Assembly (NCBI GenBank): GCA_016840465.1
Contig: JAEOSH010000049.1
Coordinates: 1-17,475, forward strand
Source of the DNA: Candidatus Baldrarchaeum yapensis
Lineage (GTDB): Archaea > Asgardarchaeota > Baldrarchaeia > Baldrarchaeales > Baldrarchaeaceae
Length of the DNA stretch: 17,475 nt
Reading direction: 5' to 3'
Shown here piece by piece: positions 1 through 8,425 of the stretch; the first letter of the stretch is position 1; each line of letters begins with the position of its first letter. The position numbers and the translations under genes are program-made. The notes beneath the pieces were generated by a model. It saw nothing but the letters and a program-made list of their open reading frames with translations. It did no database searches and had not been told where the DNA came from.

Positions 1-1972
1 AATAATTGGATTGCGCATTGGGTTCGTCATAGAATAGCAGTTTGTAGATTGTTGATTTAAACAGTAGAGGCCCAGGTTTATCAATCGTGCCATAAGCGCT
101 TTCATTAACGATAGCCTTTCCACTCTTATTAAAGACATCCGCTGCTATCTTTACCATCCATGGCCATTTGCCATCGTCACCGCCGATTGCTGGTTCAAGA
201 TATCCGAAAAAGACTAATACATATGACACGTGATATTTTTTGAAAATTTTTAGGGCTTCCGTCTCATTTGAAATAAATGCGAGTGCTATCATTGCAATTT
301 GTGTTTTGTTCACCGTAGTGTTATCTATTACTGTCTTCTTACCAGCAATTATCGATATCCAGTCACCATAATCCCACCACGACGCTATGACTGCATCATC
401 CGGTACATTGTATTTTAACCACATTAGCGCTTCCTGCCAGTCCTTTTGTCCCGCTGGTAGAAGTTCAGATGATGACCAATACTTTGCTATGAACATCGTG
501 TTTTGCCAAGCAAAGAAGACTCCCAGTACGAATATTAATATCATAACAGTTGCAGCGTACTCTGTACCCAGTATTCCGGTAACTCTAACTCTCATCCGCT
601 TAACTGCAGGAACTTTCTCTCTAGTTTCTCGTATTATCTTGGAGAACGGATCCGAAATTTCCGATATCGCGTACGCGGCAAGTATGCACGCAACTGGCGA
701 TAATAACAATATTAATCGGACAAATGATGTCGCAAAGTACGTCGTAAGGACTCCTAATAATATTAGGAAGATATCCTCATCTCTTAATCGGATTGCTGCA
801 AAATACATTCCAGCGGGATATATGAAAAGCAAAACGTGAAGGTTTAGGAAAAGCTCTCCCCATGTTGCTGGCGCGTTCTCGGCAACCGACATTATTATTC
901 GGTCTTGCAACCTGACAAATGGCAACAGCACTGCAAGAAACTTCCTACCCGTGGGTACTATAGGGAATCCCACTATAATACCATAAGTAATTATTCCGGC
1001 AGTTGCTACTAATACACCTATACCTATAAGTTTCGTGAGCACCTTTTTCTTGTCTGGTGTTAGCAAATTCGATAGCATTTTTTCATCAATGTATTTTGAG
1101 GACTCGTAAAAGGCAATTATGGTTACTAGTATCAGTGCTGGGAGAATCTCTGTTGATAATAAAGCTTTAAGTCCAATCCTAGGAACCATACATGCCATTA
1201 ACAAACTTATTGTGAACGTGCCGCCAGTTGCTATTACTATCTTACTCGAGTAACGCCTAAGAACCACTAACACCACGACAAAGAGCAGTAGTGCATCAAG
1301 AGGGTATCGGAAGACTCCCCATGTCGCACAAAGATATCCCAGTGATATTCCCGCAAATAGCGAGGACAATAAGGATTTTCTTTTATAAGCCCGTATGAAA
1401 AAGTAAAACGTTAGAAGCATGAGTAAAATGCCAAGTGATTCACCATCGAAAAATCCTGCAATAGTTCTCTGGACATATCCCGGAACTATCGCGAAAAAGA
1501 ACATCGAAAGAACTGCTGCTTTCTTACTACCTGTTAACTCTTTAGTAAGAAAATACATGACTATTGTTGATAATGCTCCCATCAATGCAGGAAAAAAGAA
1601 GCATAAAGTCATTAAGTCAATAGGAATGCCGAGAAATCTCATCATGAAATATAGGGTTGCTGCACTCCAAGGAATTCCCGGATATGCATTTTTTGTCATG
1701 TTAAAGCCGTAAGGATACCATGTTTGTTCATCATACCATCGAAACCAATCATCAAAACCTTCCTTGACAATGTAATTTGTGTTCTTAAACTGAAACCATG
1801 GATCATACGCCTTAAGTAAAACTCCCACGTTAAGATAAGGCAAAATACGCAATAATAACGCAATAATAAAGATAAGTACCATTGATAATTGTAAAAGTAC
1901 GGTATTCTTGTTAAGGCCTGTAGGGGTTTTGAATATACCTCTTAAGGATTCCTTAATTCTCCTTACTGGCAA
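1..1972 (-). CDS. aglB: Oligosaccharyltransferase AglB/STT3 (3' end beyond window edge)
   Basis: Translated by hand; the frame is open from TTG at 1972 (SD-like AGGGAG upstream) to position 1. Motifs: AYDPWF, WYPYG, GFFDGE, SVAEN, VRLILLLSP, WWDYG (365-379), DNTT, GDDGKWPWMVKIA, plus many hydrophobic segments. Missing from the ORF track, presumably because no stop falls in the window. Confidence 0.96.
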   Translation of the reverse strand, partial: MPVRRIKESLRGIFKTPTGLNKNTVLLQLSMVLIFIIALLLRILPYLNVGVLLKAYDPWFQFKNTNYIVKEGFDDWFRWYDEQTWYPYGFNMTKNAYPGIPWSAATLYFMMRFLGIPIDLMTLCFFFPALMGALSTIVMYFLTKELTGSKKAAVLSMFFFAIVPGYVQRTIAGFFDGESLGILLMLLTFYFFIRAYKRKSLLSSLFAGISLGYLCATWGVFRYPLDALLLFVVVLVVLRRYSSKIVIATGGTFTISLLMACMVPRIGLKALLSTEILPALILVTIIAFYESSKYIDEKMLSNLLTPDKKKVLTKLIGIGVLVATAGIITYGIIVGFPIVPTGRKFLAVLLPFVRLQDRIIMSVAENAPATWGELFLNLHVLLFIYPAGMYFAAIRLRDEDIFLILLGVLTTYFATSFVRLILLLSPVACILAAYAISEISDPFSKIIRETREKVPAVKRMRVRVTGILGTEYAATVMILIFVLGVFFAWQNTMFIAKYWSSSELLPAGQKDWQEALMWLKYNVPDDAVIASWWDYGDWISIIAGKKTVIDNTTVNKTQIAMIALAFISNETEALKIFKKYHVSYVLVFFGYLEPAIGGDDGKWPWMVKIAADVFNKSGKAIVNESAYGTIDKPGPLLFKSTIYKLLFYDEPNAQSNY

Positions 1973-2062
1973 TGTAAACTCCCTTAGAACGTTATTTGGA
2001 GATATATGTAAAAAAGTGTGAAGTTGTTCGATGGCACGATATTGTTACTGCGTCCGGGAATC

Positions 2063-2479
2063 TTAAACTTTCTGCTTTAAAAGTTCTTTTATGTAGTTGG
2101 CATATGCCTCTGCATTCATAAGGTTCTTAAGTTCCTCATCGAGGTTCGTCGCCTCAACTACTATCATCCATCCCTCTCCATAAGGGTCGTTATTCACGAG
2201 ATCGGGTTCATCTTCGAGCGATGCATTTACTTCGATCACCTTGCCCGATATTGGAGATATAAGTTCAGCGACTGTTTTAACGGATTCTATTTCACCGAAT
2301 TTCTCGAACTGCTTGACCTCAGTGCCAACCTCTGGTAATGAGACAAATGCTATGTCTCTTAGCTCTTTTTGTGCATAATCGGTAATTCCTACTCTTACCT
2401 TCCCATCTTCAACCTTTGCCCAGAGGTGGTCCTTGCTATAATACAAATCTTCCGGGACCTCGTAGTCGTCTACCTTCAT
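2063..2479 (-). CDS. gcvH: Glycine cleavage system H protein (lipoyl carrier)
   Basis: YSKDHLW, VGITDYAQKELRDI, lipoylation motif GEIESVKTV, SPISGKVIEVN, VNNDPYGEGW; SD GAGG upstream. Confidence 0.96.
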   Translation of the reverse strand: MKVDDYEVPEDLYYSKDHLWAKVEDGKVRVGITDYAQKELRDIAFVSLPEVGTEVKQFEKFGEIESVKTVAELISPISGKVIEVNASLEDEPDLVNNDPYGEGWMIVVEATNLDEELKNLMNAEAYANYIKELLKQKV

Positions 2480-2700
2480 ATAACCGCCTCACATGTATTC
2501 TGTCATTGGCACATACATCTCTCCTATTTATCAGTGTCGCCCACCAGAACAGAAGTCGGCATCCCTCATCCAAATATCTCACTCTATAAACCCGATAAAA
2601 ATTCTAGATTTTGACACCAGTTTCTCTAATTGTGCTTAACAAATAGTTATATAGGTGAAATTGAGATATTGAAATTCGTAACTCTTGCTTGCTGATCACC

Positions 2701-3669
2701 TTATGGGTCTCTTATGCCTTCCTCAGTTATCACAAACACTACCTCTCCTTCTGGCAGATAGGGACTATCGACCAATCGGCATATTCTCCTATTGTCCTTA
2801 GCTCTACGTAGATAGAGGCGTGTCTGAGGGACGTGCGCAAGCACATGACCTCCCACGGGCTCCGTTGGATCCCCGAAGTAAACATCTGGTCTCGCCATGA
2901 CTTGATTTGTCACGAAGACTGCAAGGTTGGCAACATCTGCAAGTCTTTGTAACATGTGAAGATGTCTGTTTAATTTCTGTTGACGCTCAGCGAGCATTTC
3001 ACGCCCAGGATACTCTGCACGAAAGTGTGAAGTTAGAGAATCTATAACAAGGAGCCTCACATTTTCATCTTCGACAACCTCCTGTGCTTGTTGTACTAGC
3101 AACATCTGATGATCAGAATTGTAGGCACGCGCGTAGATTATGTTCTTTAATGCAGTTTTTGGCTCCAATCCGATCGCTTGCGCCATCTGACATATTCTCT
3201 CCGGTCTAAACGTTCCCTCAGTATCTATGTAGATGGCTTTTCCGGATAGCCCTCCTTTTTCTGGTGGAAGTTGTACATTTACTGCAAGTTGATGCGCCAA
3301 TTGAGTCTTCCCGCTCCTAAAAGCTCCAAAAACTTCGGTGATAGCCTGAGTTTCTATACCCCCTGCCAGCAACTTATCTAAGTTCCTAGATCCAGTCGTT
3401 ATCCTTCCGACCTTCATTCTCTTCTCATATACAACATCTGCTGTTTCAAACCCGAGATCGAGTGCTTCACGGGCTGCTTCTATGATTTTCCGCGCAGCAT
3501 TTTCACCGATGTCCGCGGCGTTTGCCAATTCCGCTGGTGTGGCTACTGCTATCGAGATAATGTTCTTATAGCCCGCTTCCATCAGTTTTTTTGCGATTGC
3601 GGGGCCGACACCAGGCAGATCCATCAATTCTTTAGGTTTTCCTTTTTTCTTGTGTGAAATATTTGACAC
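2701..3669 (-). CDS. radA: DNA repair and recombination protein RadA
   Basis: N-terminal HhH ([12 protein letters not shown]), [18 protein letters not shown], Walker [46 protein letters not shown]; GTG start. Confidence 0.97.
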   Translation of the reverse strand: MSNISHKKKGKPKELMDLPGVGPAIAKKLMEAGYKNIISIAVATPAELANAADIGENAARKIIEAAREALDLGFETADVVYEKRMKVGRITTGSRNLDKLLAGGIETQAITEVFGAFRSGKTQLAHQLAVNVQLPPEKGGLSGKAIYIDTEGTFRPERICQMAQAIGLEPKTALKNIIYARAYNSDHQMLLVQQAQEVVEDENVRLLVIDSLTSHFRAEYPGREMLAERQQKLNRHLHMLQRLADVANLAVFVTNQVMARPDVYFGDPTEPVGGHVLAHVPQTRLYLRRAKDNRRICRLVDSPYLPEGEVVFVITEEGIRDP

Positions 3670-3735
3670 CCCAATTACAGTTGTTCTAAATACTTTTGTC
3701 TAAATTTGTCATTTTAAAGTAGAGTATTTAAGTTT

Positions 3736-3748
3736 TTAAAATGAGGGA
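3736..3748 (+). promoter_or_regulatory. TTAAAATGAGGGA motif, TATA-like, copy 1 (identical copy at 12588-12600)
   Basis: Exact 13-nt match to 12588-12600. Both copies lie in divergent intergenic regions 33-36 nt before a + strand start codon. Confidence 0.35.
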
Positions 3749-3784
3749 TTATAGTCTGATCAGTAGCGATGCGGGTGACCCCTA

Positions 3785-4198
3785 GTGTCACTTAAGATAA
3801 GGGCGATGAGACTGAAAAGGAGCATAAAAATGTTGCCAAAAAAAATTAAGATTCTCTTTAGGAAAATCCCCTTGAACATGGTAATCGCATACGGCTCTCT
3901 CATAACAACTTTGGTTCTAATCGCTGGGACCATCTATGCAGCCTTAAATGCAAATACTTTCTTCAGGGGGTTGTTATACCCAAGTATAAATGGGGAATTT
4001 GCAGCTGAGGCAATTGCAGCCACGTTTTTGATAATCTTGGGAATTTCGGGACTTGAACTTTTAAGAAGATGCGCAGCCCACATATATAGTCCCATGTATG
4101 CCAGAACTCTAGTCATGATAGGAATTATTCTCATCCTGATAGCGTTTTTCGGACTTGAATGGTTATTGTTCGCAAAAGCACCTTATATCTTCAAGTAA
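3785..4198 (+). CDS. Hypothetical membrane protein (about 3 transmembrane helices, basic N-terminus)
   Basis: 137-aa ORF filling the gap between divergent radA and convergent carS; three long hydrophobic stretches; no family recognised; start uncertain. Confidence 0.6.
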   Translation: MSLKIRAMRLKRSIKMLPKKIKILFRKIPLNMVIAYGSLITTLVLIAGTIYAALNANTFFRGLLYPSINGEFAAEAIAATFLIILGISGLELLRRCAAHIYSPMYARTLVMIGIILILIAFFGLEWLLFAKAPYIFK

Positions 4199-4202
4199 CG
4201 TA

Positions 4203-4811
4203 CTACCATGGGACATTCTTTAGACCAAGAATGTATCCCAGAGCATTCGTTAGTAAATGAATAATTAGCGTCACCACGAGAAGTATTGTCACGCATATAA
4301 ATGGTACTGTGAAAACAAATGACGTAAATAACAATGCACCGATAAGAAAGTCCAATTGATCCAGTAGTGGGGCAGGTGCACCTCTCTCGAGGCCAAGTCG
4401 TCTTTTAATGAAAGATCCTATGAGATCCCCTACCATTGCACCCATGGGTAAGAGTATTGCTATAATAAAATTCGTCCTGAGTAACGAACGCTGATATGGT
4501 AATAAAGTAACATGCTGTTCTATGAGTTTCTCTAGGGTGGGATTTACGAACACCTGTAAGAGGCCCACCAAGAATCCGCAAAATATTCCGGATATAAATC
4601 CCCTTATCGTTTTTCCATCACCAAATATTCTTCTTCCATCGAAAAACTTCTTCCCCAAGTCTATCGGCGTCCCTCCTCCAAGAAGTACCGGAGATGCGTT
4701 AGCAACATATGCGGGAAGAATAAACCATAAAGACAACAGTATATCCGTTGTTAATGTCGATTGCACACTCAACACCATCCATGGCAGTGGTCTTTTTACC
4801 ATAATCACCAC
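4203..4811 (-). CDS. carS: CDP-2,3-bis-(O-geranylgeranyl)-sn-glycerol (CDP-archaeol) synthase, UPF0290/DUF46
   Basis: PAYVANASPVLLGGGTPIDLGK..DGRRIFGDGKTIRG, GDLIGSFIKRRLGLERG, LLDQLDF, HLLTN..GY.LGLKNVPW. True start may be ATG 4802 or ATG 4778. Confidence 0.93.
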   Translation of the reverse strand: MVIMVKRPLPWMVLSVQSTLTTDILLSLWFILPAYVANASPVLLGGGTPIDLGKKFFDGRRIFGDGKTIRGFISGIFCGFLVGLLQVFVNPTLEKLIEQHVTLLPYQRSLLRTNFIIAILLPMGAMVGDLIGSFIKRRLGLERGAPAPLLDQLDFLIGALLFTSFVFTVPFICVTILLVVTLIIHLLTNALGYILGLKNVPW

Positions 4812-4816
4812 ACATA

Positions 4817-4824
4817 TTAATTAA
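4817..4824. promoter_or_regulatory. Palindromic TTAATTAA, candidate shared TATA box of divergent carS and ubiX operon
   Basis: Perfect AT palindrome in the 37-nt gap between the longest carS frame and the GTG at 4849, about 25-30 nt upstream of 4849. Confidence 0.4.
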
Positions 4825-4848
4825 CTATACTCATGTGTCCGCTAGGAA

Positions 4849-5265
4849 GTGGTGACATTTTCTGTGCGAGAACCATTACTGATAAAGAAAACCATTAGTG
4901 ATGTAAAGCATAGCGTATATGGACTACTTTTAACGCTAGATAACGGAGTATTGCTCTTAATTGGAGATTCTGGGTACAAACTTGGGGCCATCAGTATAGC
5001 TACTCCAATGCTGGGGGTTCCCGAGATGGGAGTAACATCATCTCTAATTTTTCCGTCACGAGATACTAGGGCAAATGTGCTGTCAAGGATACTCTCAGAA
5101 AGATGCGCACGCGCCCTAGGAATTCCATGCATGGCCATTGTTAATATAAAATTGCCGGATCATAGAGATCTTCAAAAGTTAATAATAAAATTGCTCGACC
5201 AACTAATATCCGAGGCAAAGAAGGTGCTTAAACATGAGAGTAGTAGTTGCAATGACCGGCTGTAG
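4849..5265 (+). CDS. Small protein of PAC4 (proteasome assembly chaperone 4)/LpdD-like type, tentative
   Basis: 138 aa; beta-rich N-half (LLLTLDNGVLLLIG, LGAISIATP), then helix NVLSRILSERCARALGIPCMAIVNI, resembling my recollection of PAC4/LpdD proteins; overlaps the ubiX start. Confidence 0.55.
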   Translation: MVTFSVREPLLIKKTISDVKHSVYGLLLTLDNGVLLLIGDSGYKLGAISIATPMLGVPEMGVTSSLIFPSRDTRANVLSRILSERCARALGIPCMAIVNIKLPDHRDLQKLIIKLLDQLISEAKKVLKHESSSCNDRL

Positions 5266-5794
5266 TGGAATCATATATGGTGTGAGACTACTTGAGACCC
5301 TTAAACAGGTGGATGGCATTATAACTTACCTTATAATATCAGACACTGCAAAGAAAATACTGAAACTCGAAACGCAATATTCCTTAGAAGATCTCAGAAA
5401 GATCTCATATGCGATTTTTTCGGAAGACGATATGATGGCCCCGCTTGCAAGTAGCTCCTTTAATATTGATGCTATGGTCATCGTCCCTTGTAGCCTAAAA
5501 ACGCTTTCCGCTTTAGCTTATGGTCTTTCACAAAACTTAATTGTAAGATGTGCTGATAATGTTTTGAGAACGAGAAAAAAATTGGTATTGGTTCCGAGAG
5601 AGACTCCTCTATCCGATATTCACTTAATAAATATGCTAAAACTTTTCAGGCGCGGAGCAATAATCCTTCCTGCGATGCCAGCTTTTTATCATAATCCTAG
5701 GACGATCGCAGATTTAATAGATTTCGTCGTTGGAAAGATTTTGGACGCTTTAAACATAAGATTGAATGTTTACACAAAATGGGGGACCATTTAA
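5234..5794 (+). CDS. ubiX: Flavin prenyltransferase UbiX
   Basis: VVVAMTGCSG..YG.RLL, MAPLASSS, VPCSLKTL, NLIVRCAD, KLVLVPRETPLS.IHL.NM, PAMPAFYHNP; SD AGGTG. Confidence 0.96.
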   Translation: MRVVVAMTGCSGIIYGVRLLETLKQVDGIITYLIISDTAKKILKLETQYSLEDLRKISYAIFSEDDMMAPLASSSFNIDAMVIVPCSLKTLSALAYGLSQNLIVRCADNVLRTRKKLVLVPRETPLSDIHLINMLKLFRRGAIILPAMPAFYHNPRTIADLIDFVVGKILDALNIRLNVYTKWGTI

Positions 5795-7107
5795 TGAGTT
5801 TAAGAGATTTTCTCGATTCATTGATTCCCACCAGCGTCAAAGTTATCGAGGAGGAGTTAGATGTAAAATTCGAGATTGCATATGTAATCAAAAAATTCGA
5901 GAGAGGCCCAACCCTGCTATTTACACGTATTAAAGGCTATCCCGATGCGAAAATAGTTTCAAACCTTTTCTTTAGCAGGGATAGTGTTCGAAAATGCCTC
6001 AACGTTAGTAGTTACACCGAAGTCTACGAGAAGATTCTATATGCAATTAGAAATCCATCACCCCCGCAGGAGGCATCTGATGCTCCTGTCTTGCAGGTCT
6101 CTCGGTCCCCAAATCTGCATGATCTCCCAGTACTCACATATTATGCACGAGATCCTGGACCTTATGTGACATCCGCTATTGTAATTGCACAAAATCGAGA
6201 AGGATCCATTAAAAACGCATCTGTGCATAGATTATTATTAAAAGATAAGCAACATTTCGTCATACGCATAGTCCCGCGTCATTTGTATACCATTCTTAAA
6301 GAATTCCACGAAAAAAACGAACCTCTCCCAGTAGCAATAGTAATAGGGGTGCATCCCCTATTACTATTATCTGCCGCATCTCCAGCCCCATTTGGAGTTT
6401 TTGAACTCCATGTCGCAAATACGCTGTTGAATGGAAGGTTAAGGACCATAAGTTCGCCGATATTTGGTATAGAAGTACCTGCTGATGCTGAATATTTAAT
6501 AGAAGGGGAAATTTTGCCTGAAGAGGCCGATGAGGGACCGTTTGTTGATATCACTGGAACATATGATGTTATGAGGAAACAACCCCTCGTAAGAGTAAAA
6601 AGGATATACCACAGGAAGCATCCGATCTTCCATGCAATTCTGCCAGCAGGCGCCGAACATAGGATATTCATGGGATTACCCATGGAGGCAAAAATTTGGG
6701 ATTATGTCCGTCAGTTAGTTCCTCACGTTAGAGGTGTTAATTTGACGGATGGTGGATGCGGGTGGCTACATGCGGTTATATCAATAAGGAAGAACACCGA
6801 TGGCGATGGAAAAAATGTAGCACTCGCCGCATTTGCAGCTCACCCGAGCCTGAAGCATGTAGTGGTAGTTGACGATGATATAAACCCTTATGATATGCGG
6901 GAAGTCGAATGGGCGATTGCAACAAGGTTTAATGCCGAAAGAGACCTAATAATAATAAGGGGGGCTCGTGGGTCGAGTTTAGATCCCACCGCCGATCAAA
7001 GAACACTTACTATTACAAAAATGGCAATCGACGCCACAAGGAGTTTTGATATACCAAAGCATAAGGTGGAAAAGGCCCATATACCAGTACCTAGGAAAGA
7101 GCGGTGA
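5794..7107 (+). CDS. ubiD: UbiD-family prFMN-dependent decarboxylase, probably anhydromevalonate phosphate decarboxylase
   Basis: NASVHRL, RIVPRHLY, EGPFVDITGTYD, KHVVVVDDDINP, EVEWAIATRF, GSSLDP, KMAIDAT. ATG 5794 overlaps the ubiX stop (TAATG); the ORF track starts at 5779. Substrate inferred from linkage to ubiX and aconitase X. Confidence 0.9.
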   Translation: MSLRDFLDSLIPTSVKVIEEELDVKFEIAYVIKKFERGPTLLFTRIKGYPDAKIVSNLFFSRDSVRKCLNVSSYTEVYEKILYAIRNPSPPQEASDAPVLQVSRSPNLHDLPVLTYYARDPGPYVTSAIVIAQNREGSIKNASVHRLLLKDKQHFVIRIVPRHLYTILKEFHEKNEPLPVAIVIGVHPLLLLSAASPAPFGVFELHVANTLLNGRLRTISSPIFGIEVPADAEYLIEGEILPEEADEGPFVDITGTYDVMRKQPLVRVKRIYHRKHPIFHAILPAGAEHRIFMGLPMEAKIWDYVRQLVPHVRGVNLTDGGCGWLHAVISIRKNTDGDGKNVALAAFAAHPSLKHVVVVDDDINPYDMREVEWAIATRFNAERDLIIIRGARGSSLDPTADQRTLTITKMAIDATRSFDIPKHKVEKAHIPVPRKER

Positions 7108-8339
7108 GTTCCATGTTCTTAACAAAGTATGAAGAGAGAGTTTTGGATGGTGAGTTTGGGCCAGCATTACAACTATCAATGAGGATACTAACAAAAATTG
7201 GTGACGCCTTAGGAGCCTCGCGCCTGATAAGAATTTCATCTGCACATGTATCAGGGATTTCGTACAAAAACATTGGCGATGCCGGACTGCAATTTTTAAA
7301 GCATTTGAGAAATCTGGGAGCAAGAGTATCTGTACTTACAACCTCAAACCCGTCGAGTTTTGGTCCCGAAATTTCAAAAATTGTGAAATTACCGGAGGAT
7401 TTTATCGCCAAACAGATGGAAGTACTTAGAATTCTTGAAGAAATGGGGATTCTTGCAACATATTCCTGTACACCATATTACTGCGGTAATGTCCCAAATT
7501 TTTCTGAACATATCGCCTGGGCGGAGTCCTCAGCAGTAGTTTTTGCAAATTCAGTACTCGGTGCAAGAACGAATAGGGAGGGTGGTCCGTCCTCGATTGC
7601 AGCAGCTATTGTTGGAAAGACTCCATTATATGGCCTACATATATGGGAAAACCGTTTACCGACAGTCTTGATAAAAATTACCTGCGACTTGCCAGACGAT
7701 CCCCTATTTTACAGCGCTTTAGGTTATCTCGTGGGATCCTTGGTTAAAAAAGGTGTCCCTTTATTTAGTGGCATAAAGGGGTGTTCGTCCGAGGCTCTTA
7801 GATGCCTTGCAGCTGGTATTGCGACATCTGGAAATATCGATATGTTCCACATAGAGGGTGCCACACCGGAGGCGATTATGCATTCAAATGACGATAGATT
7901 TCGTTTAAATATTGAGGAAAAGATTTCAATAGACCACGAGGAACTGAAGGATATAATAGAAGGGAACATTTCCGAATCACCAGATATTGTCTTTTTGGGA
8001 TGCCCACATTTATCAGCGAGAGAAATTATTTCGCTTCCGAGGATCATGCCCGAAATTTTCGAACAAAAATCTGCTGAAGTCTGGATTTGTACATCTAAAT
8101 GCCAGAAATCGATTCTTCCGGCGGGTTTTTTCCAACGGTTATGTTCTATGTACAAAAATGTAAAGGTATTCACTGACATGTGCCTAGTCGTATTTCCGGT
8201 GGAGTTCCTCGAGTGCAAGAGTATAGCTACGAATTCTTTTAAGGCATACTACTATTTGAGAAACACTAGTGAAAAGGAGATAGGAATATTCAGACCATAT
8301 CGCCACAAAAGCTATTACAACAACCACACGCGCTTATAA
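7104..8339 (+). CDS. Aconitase X catalytic (large) subunit, DUF521; probable phosphomevalonate dehydratase large subunit
   Basis: AHVSGISYKNIGDAG, YSCTPYY, AWAESSAVVFANSVLGARTNREGGPS.IAAAIVGKTP.YGLH, FHIEGATPE, FLGCPH, CLVVFP (three candidate Fe-S cysteines); GTGA overlap with the ubiD stop. Confidence 0.92.
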   Translation: MSSMFLTKYEERVLDGEFGPALQLSMRILTKIGDALGASRLIRISSAHVSGISYKNIGDAGLQFLKHLRNLGARVSVLTTSNPSSFGPEISKIVKLPEDFIAKQMEVLRILEEMGILATYSCTPYYCGNVPNFSEHIAWAESSAVVFANSVLGARTNREGGPSSIAAAIVGKTPLYGLHIWENRLPTVLIKITCDLPDDPLFYSALGYLVGSLVKKGVPLFSGIKGCSSEALRCLAAGIATSGNIDMFHIEGATPEAIMHSNDDRFRLNIEEKISIDHEELKDIIEGNISESPDIVFLGCPHLSAREIISLPRIMPEIFEQKSAEVWICTSKCQKSILPAGFFQRLCSMYKNVKVFTDMCLVVFPVEFLECKSIATNSFKAYYYLRNTSEKEIGIFRPYRHKSYYNNHTRL

Positions 8340-8425
8340 CAAAGTTTTTAGCAAAAATTTCGGGTATAATAGAGGTGAGAGGCTGGCAAAAAAGGCCAAG
8401 AATAACTCACGGAGAGGAGCTTTAA

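Noticed and set aside
387-1712. + strand ORFs 387-839 and 1419-1712
   Set aside because: Antisense shadows of aglB.
2529-2572. Possible C/D box sRNA on the minus strand (GGATGA...CTGA)
   Set aside because: Only about 41 nt, degenerate C box, no convincing D'/C' pair and a second guide that is too short.
2701-3669. Intein in RadA
   Set aside because: 322 aa is the normal length and the motifs are contiguous around Walker A.
3738-3784. C/D-box-like string ATGA..CTGA..GTGA upstream of the membrane protein gene
   Set aside because: No proper C, C' or terminal D box; better explained as promoter and SD sequence.
8280-8425. Frameshift in the aconitase X C-terminus (alternative frame IQTISPQKLLQQ..)
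   Set aside because: No slippery site, hairpin insert or recognisable family motif in the alternative frames; not decidable by eye.
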